From Balanoglossus misakiensis (taxonomy: Eukaryota > Animalia > Hemichordata): a stretch of 64,000 nt of DNA. A model generated the notes under the pieces. The model saw nothing but the letters and a program-made list of their open reading frames with translations, did no database searches and was not told the origin of the DNA. Below are positions 37,201-50,600 of this stretch, piece after piece; position 1 is the stretch's first letter; every line of letters starts with the position of its first letter. The DNA lies in the NCBI GenBank assembly GCA_040954595.2, contig CM082588.2, forward strand, positions 12,165,398 to 12,229,397, in the 5' to 3' direction. A program made the position numbers and the translations under genes.

Positions 37201-40200
37201 GATATGTATAGTTTCAAGCCTTTGTTTTGGAGTAATTAATTCTCTACAAGATTGAAGTGGAACAGTCACAGAATGAAAACAAATATGGAAAGAGTTATGC
37301 TGAAATGTTGTAAGGGATAGATTAATATTGCATACAATTTAATTTCTTACATCATAAATGGAATTCAAATAATGGTCACCTAACAGGATATGTTTTACTA
37401 AAAAGACTTATGTATAGGTTCAAGAATTTGTGTTGAAATACCAAATTCTCTACAAGATTTAAGTGGAACAGTCACAGAATGAAAACAAATATAGAAAGAG
37501 TTATGCCTGAATGTTGTAAGGGATAGATTAATATTGCAAATAATTTAATTTCTTATATCATAAATGGAATTCAAAGAATGGTCACATAACGGGCCATGTT
37601 TTAGTAAAAAGACTTATGTATAGTTTCAAGGCTTTGTTTTGGAATAACGAATTCTCTCCAAGATTTAAGTTGAACAGTTACAGAATGAAAACAAATATTC
37701 AAATAGTTATGCCAGAATGTTGTAAGGGATAGTTTAATATTGCAAATAATTTAATTTCTTACACCATAAATGGAATTCAAAGAATGGTCACATAACGGGG
37801 CATGTTTTACAAAAAGACTTAATATGTATAGTTTCAAGGCTTTGTTTTGGAATAACGAATTCTCTACAGGATTTAAGTGGAACAGTCACAGAATGAAAAC
37901 AAATATGGAAAGAGTTATGCTGGAATATTGTAAGGGATAGATTAATATTGCAAATAATTTAATTTCTTACATCATAAAATGAATTCAAAGAATGGTCACA
38001 TAACAGGATATGTTTTACTAAAAAGACTTATGTATAGTTACAAGGCTTTGTTTTGGAATAACGAATTCTCTACAAGATTTAAGTGGAACAGTCACAGAAT
38101 GAAAACAAATATGGAAAGAGTTATGCTGGAATGTTATAAGGGATAGATTAATATTGCAAATAATTTAATTTCTTACATCATAAAATAAATTCAAAGAATG
38201 GTCACATAACAGGATATGTTTTACTAAAAAGACTTATGTTATAGTTTCAAGGCTTTGTTTTGGAATAACGAATTCTCTACAAGATTTAAGTGGAACAGTC
38301 ACAGAATGAAAACAAATATGGAAAGAGTTATGCCGGAATGTTGTAAGGAATAGATTAATATTGCAAATAATTTAATTTCTTACATCATAAATGGAATTCA
38401 AAGAAACGTCACGTAACAGGATATGTATAGTTTCAAGGCTTTGTTTTGGAATAACGAATTCTCTACAAGATTTAAGTGGAACAGTCACAGAATGAAAACA
38501 AATATGGAAAGAGTTATGCTGGAATGTTATAAGGGATAGATTAATATTGCAAATAATTTAATTTCTTACATCATAAAACGAATTCAAAGAATGGTCACAT
38601 AACAGGATATGTTTTACTAAAAAGACTTATGTTATAGATTCAAGGCTTTGTTTTGGAATAACGAATTCTCTACAAGATTTAAGTGGAACAGTCACAGAAT
38701 GAAAACAAATATGGAAAGAGTTATGCCGGAATGTTGTAAGGGATAGATTAATATTGCAAAAAATTTAATTTCTTACATCATAAATGGAATTCAAAGACAG
38801 GTCACGTAACAGGATATGTATAGTTTCAAGCCTTTGTTTTGGAATAACGAATTCTCTACAGGATTTAAGTGGAACAGTCACAGAATGAAAACAAATATGG
38901 AAAGAGTTATGCTGGAATATTGTAAGGGATAGATTAATATTGCAAATAATTTAATTTCTTACATCATAAAATGAATTCAAAGAATGGTCACATAACAGGA
39001 TATGTTTTACTAAAAAGACTTATGTATAGTTACAAGGCTTTGTTTTGGAATAACGAATTCTCTACAAGATTTAAGTGGAACAGTCACAGAATGAAAACAA
39101 ATATGGAAAGAGTTATGCTGGAATGTTATAAGGGATAGATTAATATTGCAAATAATTTAATTTCTTACATCATAAAATAAATTCAAAGAATGGTCACATA
39201 ACAGGATATGTTTTACTAAAAAGACTTATGTTATAGTTTCAAGGCTTTGTTTTGGAATAACGAATTCTCTACAAGATTTAAGTGGAACAGTCACAGAATG
39301 AAAACAAATATGGAAAGAGTTATGCCGGAATGTTGTAAGGAATAGATTAATATTGCAAATAATTTAATTTCTTACATCATAAATGGAATTCAAAGAAACG
39401 TCACGTAACAGGATATGTATAGTTTCAAGGCTTTGTTTTGGAATAACGAATTCTCTACAAGATTTAAGTGGAACAGTCACAGAATGAAAACAAATATGGA
39501 AAGAGTTATGCTGGAATGTTATAAGGGATAGATTAATATTGCAAATAATTTAATTTCTTACATCATAAAACGAATTCAAAGAATGGTCACATAACAGGAT
39601 ATGTTTTACTAAAAAGACTTATGTTATAGATTCAAGGCTTTGTTTTGGAATAACGAATTCTCTACAAGATTTAAGTGGAACAGTCACAGAATGAAAACAA
39701 ATATGGAAAGAGTTATGCCGGAATGTTGTAAGGGATAGATTAATATTGCAAAAAATTTAATTTCTTACATCATAAATGGAATTCAAAGACAGGTCACGTA
39801 ACAGGATATGTATAGTTTCAAGCCTTTGTTTTGGAGTAATTAATTCTCTACAAGATTGAAGTGGAACAGTCACAGAATGAAAACAAATATGGAAAGAGTT
39901 ATGCTGAAATGTTGTAAGGGATAGATTAATATTGCATACAATTTAATTTCTTACATCATAAATGGAATTCAAATAATGGTCACCTAACAGGATATGTTTT
40001 ACTAAAAAGACTTATGTATAGGTTCAAGAATTTGTGTTGAAATACCAAATTCTCTACAAGATTTAAGTGGAACAGTCACAGAATGAAAACAAATATAGAA
40101 AGAGTTATGCCTGAATGTTGTAAGGGATAGATTAATATTGCAAATAATTTAATTTCTTATATCATAAATGGAATTCAAAGAATGGTCACATAACGGGCCA

Positions 40201-43200
40201 TGTTTTTGTAAAAAGACTTATGTATAGTTTCAAGGCTTTGTTTTGGAATAACGAATTCTCTCCAAGATTTAAGTTGAACAGTTACAGAATGAAAACAAAT
40301 ATTCAAATAGTTATGCCAGAATGTTGTAAGGGATAGTTTAATATTGCAAATAATTTAATTTCTTACACCATAAATGGAATTCAAAGAATGGTCACATAAC
40401 AGGATATGTTTTACTAAAAAGACTTAATATGTATAGTTTCAAGGCTTTGTTTTGGAATAACGAATTCTCTACAAGATTTAAGTGGAACAGTCACAGAATG
40501 AAAACAAATATGGAAAGACTTATGCTGGAATGTTATAAGGGATAGATTAATATTGCAAATAATTTAATTTCTTACATCATAAAATGAATTCAAAGAATGG
40601 TCACATAACAGGATATGTTTTACTAAAAAGACTTATGTTATAGATTCAAGGCTTTGTTTTGGAATAACGAATTCTCCACAAGATTTAAGTGGAACAGTCA
40701 CAGAATGAAAACAAATATGGAAAGAGTTATGCTGGAATGTTATAAGGGATAGATTAATATTGCAAATAATTTAATTTCTTACATCATAAAATAAATTCAA
40801 AGAATGGTCACATAACAGGATATGTTTTACTAAAAAGACTTATGTTATAGTTTCAAGGCTTTGTTTTGGAATAACGAATTCTCTACAAGATTTAAGTGGA
40901 ACAGTCACAGAATGAAAACAAATATGGAAAGAGTTATGCCGGAATGTTGTAAGGAATAGATTAATATTGCAAATAATTTAATTTCTTACATCATAAATGG
41001 AATTCAAAGAAACGTCACGTAACAGGATATGTATCGTTTCAAGGCTTTGTTTTGGAATAACGAATTCTCTACAAGATTTAAGTGGAACAGTCACAGAATG
41101 AAAACAAATATGGAAAGAGTTATGCTGGAATGTTATAAGGGATAGATTAATATTGCAAATAATTTAATTTCTTACATCATAAAATGAATTCAAAGAATGG
41201 TCACATAACAGGATATGTTTTACTAAAAAGACTTATGTTATAGATTCAAGGCTTTGTTTTGGAATAACGAATTCTCTACAAGATTTAAGTGGAACAGTCA
41301 CAGAATGAAAACAAATATGGAAAGAGTTATGCCGGAATGTTGTAAGGGATAGATTAATATTGCAAAAAATTTAATTTCTTACATCATAAATGGAATTCAA
41401 AGACAGGTCATGTAACAGGATATGTATAGTTTCAAGACTTTTTTTGGAGTAACGAATTTTCTACAAGATTTAAGTGGAACAGTCACAGAATGAAAACAAA
41501 TATGGAAAGAGTTATGCTGAAATGTTGTAACGGATAGATTAATATTGCATACAATTTAATTTCTTACATCATAAATGGAATTCAAATAATGGTCACATAA
41601 CAGGATATGTTTTACTAAAAAGACTTATGTATAGGTTCAAGAATTTGTGTTGAAATACAAATTCTCTACAAGATTTAAGTGGAACAGTCACAGAATGAAA
41701 ACAAATATAGAAAGAGTTATGCCTGAATGTTGTAAGGGATAGATTAATATTGCAAATAATTTAATTTCTTATATCATAAATGGAATTAAAAAAATGGTCA
41801 CATAACGGGCCATGTTTTTGTAAAAAGACTTATGTATAGTTTCAAGGCTTTGTTTTGGAATAACGAATTTTCTACAGGATTTAAGTGGAACAGTCACAGA
41901 ATGCAATCAAATATGGAAAGAGTTATGCTGGAATGTTGTAAGGGATAGATTAATATTGCAAATAATTTAATTTCTTACATCATAAAATGAATTCAAAGAA
42001 TGGTCACATAACAGGATATGTTTTACTAAAAAGACTTATGTATAGTTACAAGGCTTTGTTTTGGAATAACGAATTCTCTACAAGATTTAAGTGGAACAGT
42101 CACAGAATGAAAACAAATATGGAAAGAGTTATGCTGGAATGTTATAAGGGATAGATTAATATTGCAAATAATTTAATTTCTTACATCATAAAATGAATTC
42201 AAAGAATGGTCACATAACAGGATATGTTTTACTAAAAAGACTTATGTTATAGATTCAAGGCTTTGTTTTGGAATAACGAATTCTCCACAAGATTTAAGTG
42301 GAACAGTCACAGAATGAAAACAAATATGGAAAGAGTTATGCCGGAATGTTGTAAGGGATAGATTAATATTGCAAAAAATTTAATTTCTTACATCATAAAT
42401 GGAATTCAAAGACAGGTCACGTAACAGGATATGTATAGTTTCAAGCGTTTGTTTTGGAGTAACGAATTCTCTACAAGATTTAAGTGGAACAGTCACAGAA
42501 TGAAAACAAATATGGAAAGAGTTATGCTGAAATGTTGTAAGGGATAGATTAATATTGCATACAATTTAATTTCTTACATCATAAATGGAATTCAAATAAT
42601 GGTCACATAACAGGATATGTTTTACTAAAAAGACTTATGTATAGGTTCAAAAATTTGTGTTGAAATACCAAATTCTCTACAAGATTTAAGTGGAACAGTC
42701 ACAGAATGAAAACAAATATAAAAAGAGTTATGCCTGAATGTTGTAAGGGATAGATTAATATTGCAAATAATTTAATTTCTTATATCATAAATGGAATTCA
42801 AAGAATGGTCACATAACGGGCCATGTTTTAGTAAAAAGACTTATGTATAGTTTCAAGGCTTTGTTTTGGAATAACGAATTCTCTCCAAGATTTAAGTTGA
42901 ACAGTTACAGAATGAAAACAAATATTCAAATAGTTATGCCAGAATGTTGTAAGGGATAGTTTAATATTGCAAATAATTTAATTTCTTACATCATAAACGG
43001 AATTCAAAGAATGGTCACATAACGGGCCATGTTTTACAAAAAGACTTAATATGTATAGTTTCAAGGCTTTGTTTTGGAATAACGAATTCTCTACAGGATT
43101 TAAGTGGAACAGTCACAGAATGAAAAAAATATATTGAAAGAGTTATGCTGGAATGTTGTAAGGGATAGATTAATATTGCAAATAATTTAATTTCTTACAT

Positions 43201-46200
43201 CATAAAATGAATTCAAAGAATGGTCACATAACAGGATATGTATAGTTTCAAGGCTTTGTTTTGGAATAACGAATTCTCTACAAGATTTAAGTGGAACAGT
43301 CACAGAATGAAAACAAATATGGAAAGAGTTATGCTGGAATGTTATAAGGGATAGATTAATATTGCAAATAATTTAATTTCTTACATCATAAAATGAATTC
43401 AAAGAATGGTCACATAACAGGATATGTTTTACTAAAAAAGACTTATGTTATAGATTCAAGGCTTTGTTTTGGAATAACGAATTCTCTACAAGATTTAAGT
43501 GGAACAGTCACAGAATGAAAACAAATATAGAAAGAGTTATGCCTGAATGTTGTAAGGGATAGATTAATATTGCAAATAATTTAATTTCTTATATCATAAA
43601 TGGAATTCAAAGAATGGTCACATAACGGGCCATGTTTTAGTAAAAAGACTTATGTATAGTTTCAAGGCTTTGTTTTGGAATAACGAATTCTCTCCAAGAT
43701 TTAAGTTGAACAGTTACAGAATGAAAACAAATATTCAAATAGTTATGCCAGAATGTTGTAAGGGATAGTTTAATATTGCAAATAATTTAATTTCTTACAT
43801 CATAAATGGAATTCAAAGAATGGTCACATAACGGGCCATGTTTTACAAAAAGACTTAATATGTATAGTTTCAAGGCTTTGTTTTGGAATAACGAATTCTC
43901 TACAAGATTTAAGTGGAACAGTCACAGAATGAAAACAAATATGGAAAGAGTTATGCCGGAATGTTGTAAGGAATAGATTAATATTGCAAATAATTTAATT
44001 TCTTACATCATAAATGGAATTCAAAGACAGGTCACGTAACAGGATATGTATAGTTTCAAGACTTTTTTTGGAGTAACGAATTCTCTACAAGATTTAAGTG
44101 GAACAGTCACAGAATGAAAACAAATATGGAAAGAGTTATGCTGAAATGTTGTAACGGATAGATTAATATTGCATACAATTTAATTTCTTACATCATAAAT
44201 GGAATTCAAATAATGGTCACATAACAGGATATGTTTTACTAAAAAGACTTATGTATAGGTTCAAGAATTTGTGTTGAAATACCAAATTCTGTACAAGATT
44301 TAAGTGGAACAGTCACAGAATGAAAACAAATATAGAAAGAGTTATGCCTGAATGTTGTAAGGGATAGATTAATATTGCAAATAATTTAATTTCTTATATC
44401 ATAAATGGGATTCAAAAAATGGTCACATAACGGGCCATGTTTTAGTAAAAAGACTTATGTATAGTTTCAAGGCTTTGTTTTGGAATAACGAATTCTCTCC
44501 AAGATTTAAGTTGAACAGTTACAGAATGAAAACAAATATTCAAATAGTTATGTTGGAATGTTGTAAGGGATAGTTTAATATTGCAAATAATTTAATTTCT
44601 TACATCATAAATGGAATTCAAAGAATGGTCACATAACGAGCCATGTTTTACAAAAAGACTTAATATGTATAGTTTCAAGGCTTTGTTTTGGAATAACGAA
44701 TTCTCTACAGGATTTTAGTGGAACAGTCACAGAATGAAAACAAATATGGAAAGAGTTATGCTGGAATGTTGTAAGGGATAGATTAATATTGCAAATAATT
44801 TAATTTCTTACATCATAAAATGAATTCAAAGAATGGTCACATAACAGGATATGTTTTACTAAAAAGACTTATGTATAGTTACAAGGCTTTGTTTTGGAAT
44901 AACGAATTCTCTACAAGATTTAAGTGGAACAGTCACAGAATGAAAACAAATATGGAAAGAGTTATGCTGGACTGTTATAAGGGATAGATTAATATTGCAA
45001 ATAATTTAATTTCTTACATCATAAAATGAATTCAAAGAATGGTCACATAACAGGATATGTTTTACTAAAAAGACTTATGTTATAGATTCAAGGCTTTGTT
45101 TTGGAATAACGAATTCTCCACAAGATTTAAGTGGAACAGTCACAGAATGAAAACAAATATGGAAAGAGTTATGCTGGAATGTTGTAAGGGATAGATTAAT
45201 ATTGCAAATAATTTAATTTCTTACATCATAAAATGAATTCAAAGAATGGTCACATAACAGGATATGTATAGTTTCAAGGCTTTGTTTTGGAATAACGAAT
45301 TCTCTACAAGATTTAAGTGGAACAGTCACAGAATGAAAACAAATATGGAAAGAGTTATGCTGGAATGTTATAAGGGATAGATTAATATTGCAAATAATTT
45401 AATTTCTTACATCATAAAATGAATTCAAAGAATGGTCACATAACAGGATATGTTTTACTAAAAAAGACTTATGTTATAGATTCAAGGCTTTGTTTTGGAA
45501 TAACGAATTCTCTACAAGATTTAAGTGGAACAGTCACAGAATGAAAACAAATATAGAAAGAGTTATGCCTGAATGTTGTAAGGGATAGATTAATATTGCA
45601 AATAATTTAATTTCTTATATCATAAATGGAATTCAAAGAATGGTCACATAACGGGCCATGTTTTAGTAAAAAGACTTATGTATAGTTTCAAGGCTTTGTT
45701 TTGGAATAACGAATTCTCTCCAAGATTTAAGTTGAACAGTTACAGAATGAAAACAAATATTCAAATAGTTATGCCAGAATGTTGTAAGGGATAGTTTAAT
45801 ATTGCAAATAATTTAATTTCTTACATCATAAATGGAATTCAAAGAATGGTCACATAACGGGCCATGTTTTACAAAAAGACTTAATATGTATAGTTTCAAG
45901 GCTTTGTTTTGGAATAACGAATTCTCTACAGGATTTAAGTGGAACAGTCACAGAATGAAAACAAATATGGAAAGAGTTATGCTGGAATGTTGTAAGGGAT
46001 AGATTAATATTGCAATTAATTTAATTTCTTACATCATAAAATGAATTCAAAGAATGGTCACATAACAGGATATATTTTACTAAAAAGACTTATGTATAGT
46101 TACAAGGCTTTGTTTTGGAATAACGAATTCTCTACAAGATTTAAGTGGAACAGTCACAGAATGAAAACAAATATGGAAAGAGTTATGCTGGAATGTTATA

Positions 46201-47334
46201 AGGGATAGATTAATATTGCAAATAATTTAATTTCTTACATCATAAAATGAATTCAAAGAATGGTCACATAACAGGATATGTTTTACTAAAAAGACTTATG
46301 TTATAGATTCAAGGCTTTGTTTTGGAATAACGAATTCTCTACAAGATTTAAGTGGAACAGTCACAGAATGAAAACAAATATGGAAAGAGTTATGCCGGAA
46401 TGTTGTAAGGGATAGATTAATATTGCAAAAAAAAATTTAATTTCTTACATCATAAATGGAATTCAAAGACAGGTCACGTAACAGGATATGTATAGTTTCA
46501 AGACTTTTTTTGGAGTAACGAATTCTCTACAAGATTTAAGTGGAACAGTCACAGAATGAAAACAAATATGGAAAGAGTTATGCTGAAATGTTGTAACGGA
46601 TAGATTAATATTGCATACAATTTAATTTCTTACATCATAAATGGAATTCAAATAATGGTCACATAACAGGATATGTTTTACTAAAAAGACTTATGTATAG
46701 GTTCAAGAATTTGTGTTGAAATACCAAATTCTCTACAAGATTTATGTGGAACAGTCACAGAATGAAAACAAATATAGAAAGAGTTATGCCTGAATGTTGT
46801 AAGGGATAGATTAATATTGCAAATAATTTAATTTCTTATATCATAAATGGGATTCAAAAAATGGTCACATAACGGGCCATGTTTTAGTAAAAAGACTTAT
46901 GTATAGTTTCAAGGCTTTGTTTTGGAATAACGAATTCTCTCCAAGATTTAAGTTGAACAGTTACAGAATGAAAACAAATATTCAAATAGTTATGTTGGAA
47001 TGTTGTAAGGGATAGTTTAATATTGCAAATAATTTAATTTCTTACATCATAAATGGAATTCAAAGAATGGTCACATAACGAGCCATGTTTTACAAAAAGA
47101 CTTAATATGTATAGTTTCAAGGCTTTGTTTTGGAATAACGAATTCTCTACAGGATTTTAGTGGAACAGTCACAGAATGAAAACAAATATGGAAAGAGTTA
47201 TGCTGGAATGTTGTAAGGGATAGATTAATATTGCAAATAATTTAATTTCTTACATCATAAAATGAATTCAAAGAATGGTCACATAACAGGATATGTTTTA
47301 CTAAAAAGACTTATGTATAGTTACAAGGCTTTGT
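16288..47334. repeat. Satellite array, middle block
   Basis: Same 186 and 205-208 bp monomers in the same orientation, with more private variants between about 24 and 35 kb. Confidence 0.99.
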
Positions 47335-47659
47335 TTAAGCAATAAAACACCCCCAGCCATGGTATACCACGAGATTTTGACCAGTTCACGACATATACGC
47401 ACGAGCGATAGCGAGTGCGTATATGGAGTTGAACTGGTCAAAATCGAGTGGTATACCATGGCTGGGGGTGTTTTATTGCTATTATATTATGCCAGTATAT
47501 TGAAACTTTGCATAAAACATTTTAAAAAGGCATTTTCTTTGACTATGAGTTTTGCGTGCATTATGACTGTGGTATATGGCGAATATATCACGGTCACGTG
47601 TCGTGTCTCGACCAATCAAATAGCGTTATTTACACCATCAATATACTGGTATAATATAA
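47335..47659. mobile_element. Non-autonomous hairpin-bearing DNA element (~325 bp), Crypton-like
   Basis: Non-satellite insert within the GCTTTG-TTTT-GGAAT motif. Starts TTAAGCAATAAAAC, has a long inverted repeat at 47338-47480, CCAATCA near 47612 and ends TGGTATAATATAA. No terminal inverted repeats and at most a TT duplication. The insertion is certain; the family call rests on recalled resemblance to CryptonV-type non-autonomous elements. Confidence 0.7.
47338..47480. repeat. 143-nt interrupted palindrome (hairpin)
   Basis: Perfect stems at 47338-47370/47448-47480 (33 bp), 47373-47388/47430-47445 (16 bp) and 47392-47402/47415-47425 (11 bp). Apex GA-GC-GATA-GC-GA. Confidence 0.97.
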
Positions 47660-50600
47660 TTTGGAATAACGAATTCTCTACAAGATTTAAGTGGAACAGT
47701 CACAGAATGAAAACAAATATGGAAAGAGTTATGCTGGACTGTTATAAGGGATAGATTAATATTGCAAATAATTTAATTTCTTACATCATAAAATGAATTC
47801 AAAGAATGGTCACATAACAGGATATGTTTTACTAAAAAGACTTATGTTATAGATTCAAGGCTTTGTTTTGGAATAACGAATTCTCCACAAGATTTAAGTG
47901 GAACAGTCACAGAATGAAAACAAATATGGAAAGAGTTATGCCGGAATGTTGTAAGGGATAGATTAATATTGCAAAAAATTTAATTTCTTACATCATAAAT
48001 GGAATTCAAAAACAGGTCACGTAACAGGATATGTATAGTTTCAAGCGTTTGTTTTGGAGTAACGAATTCTCTACAAGATTTAAGTGGAACAGTCACAGAA
48101 TGAAAACAAATATGGAAAGAGTTATGCTGAAATGTTGTAAGGGATAGATTAATATTGCATACAATTTAATTTCTTACATCATAAATGGAATTCAAATAAT
48201 GGTCACATAACAGGATATGTTTTACTAAAAAGACTTATGTATAGGTTCAAGAATTTGTGTTGAAATACCAAATTCTCTACAAGATTTAAGTGGAACAGTC
48301 ACAGAATGAAAACAAATATAGAAAGAGTTATGCCTGAATGTTGTAAGGGATAGATTAATATTGCAAATAATTTAATTTCTTATATCATAAATGGAATTCA
48401 AAGAATGGTCACATAACGGGCCATGTTTTAGTAAAAAGACTTATGTATAGTTTCAAGGCTTTGTTTTGGAATAACGAATTCTCTCCAAGATTTAAGTTGA
48501 ACAGTTACAGAATGAAAACAAATATTCAAATAGTTATGTTGGAATGTTGTAAGGGATAGTTTAATATTGCAAATAATTTAATTTCTTACATCATAAACGG
48601 AATTCAAAGAATGGTCACATAACGGGCCATGTTTTACAAAAAGACTTAATATGTATAGTTTCAAGGCTTTGTTTTGGAATAACGAATTCTCTACAGGATT
48701 TAAGTGGAACAGTCACAGAATGAAAACAAATATGGAAAGAGTTATGCTGGAATGTTGTAAGGGATAGATTAATATTGCAAATAATTTAATTTCTTACATC
48801 ATAAAATTAATTCAAAGAATGGTCACATAACTGGACATGTTTTACTAAAAAGACTTATGTATAGTTACAAGGCTTTGTTTTGGAATAACGAATTCTCTAC
48901 AAGATTTAAGTGGAACAGTCACAGAATGAAAACAAATATGGAAAGAGTTATGCTGGAATGTTGTAAGGAATAGATTAATATTGCAAATAATTTAATTTCT
49001 TACATCATAAATGGAATTCAAAGAACCGTCACGTAACAGGATATGTATAGTTTCAAGGCTTTGTTTTGGAATAACGAATTCTCTACAAGATTTAGGTGGA
49101 ACAGTCACAGAATGAAAACAAATATGGAAAGAGTTATGTCGGAATGTTGTAAGGGATAGATTAATATTGCAAATAATTTAATTTCTTACATCATAAATGG
49201 AATTCAAAGAATGGTCACATAATGGGCCATGTTTTACTAAAAAGACTTATGTATAGTTTCAAGGCTTTGTTTTGGAATAACGAATTCTCTCCAAGATTTA
49301 AGTTGAACAGTTACAGAATGAAAACAAATATTCAAATAGTTATGTTGGAATGTTGTAAGGGATAGTTTAATATTGCAAATAATTTAATTTTTTACATCAT
49401 AAATGAAATTCAAAGAATGGTCAAATAACGGGCCATGTTTTACTAAAAAGACTTAATATGTATAGTTTGAAGGCTTTGTTTTGGAATAACGAATTCTCTA
49501 CAAGATTTAAGTGGAACAGTCACAGAATGAAAACAAATATTCAAATAGTTATGTTGGAATGTTGTAAAGGGTAGTTTAATATTCCAAATAATTTAATTTC
49601 TTACATCATAAATGGAATTCAAAGACAGGTCACGTAACAGGATATGTATAGTTTCAAGACTTTTTTTGGAGTAACGAATTCTCTACAAGATTTAAGTGGA
49701 ACAGTCACAGAATGAAAACAAATATGGAAAGAGTTATGCTGGAATGTTGTAAGGAATAGATTAATATTGCAAATAATTTAATTTCTTACATCATAAATGG
49801 AATTCAAAGAACCGTCACGTAACAGGATATGTATAGTTTCAAGCGTTTGTTTTGGAGTAACGAATTCTCTACAAGATTTAAGTGGAACAGTCACAGAATG
49901 AAAACAAATATGGAAAGAGTTATGCTGAAATGTTGTAAGGGATAGATTAATATTGCATACAATTTAATTTCTTACATCATAAATGGAATTCAAATAATGG
50001 TCACATAACAGGATATGTTTTACTAAAAAGACTTATGTATAGGTTCAAGAATTTGTGTTGAAATACCAAATTCTCTACAAGATTTAAGTGGAACAGTCAC
50101 AGAATGAAAACAAATATAGAAAGAGTTATGCCTGAATGTTGTAAGGGATAGATTAATATTGCAAATAATTTAATTTCTTATATCATAAATGGAATTCAAA
50201 GAATGGTCACATAACGGGCCATGTTTTAGTAAAAAGACTTATGTATAGTTTCAAGGCTTTGTTTTGGAATAACGAATTCTCTCCAAGATTTAAGTTGAAC
50301 AGTTACAGAATGAAAACAAATATTCAAATAGTTATGTTGGAATGTTGTAAGGGATAGTTTAATATTGCAAATAATTTAATTTCTTACATCATAAACGGAA
50401 TTCAAAGAATGGTCACATAACGGGCCATGTTTTACAAAAAGACTTAATATGTATAGTTTCAAGGCTTTGTTTTGGAATAACGAATTCTCTACAGGATTTA
50501 AGTGGAACAGTCACAGAATGAAAACAAATATGGAAAGAGTTATGCTGGAATGTTGTAAGGGATAGATTAATATTGCAAATAATTTAATTTCTTACATCAT

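Noticed and set aside
47359-47754. 131-aa ORF across the hairpin insert
   Set aside because: It runs through a palindrome and out into satellite sequence, with no recombinase or transposase motifs.
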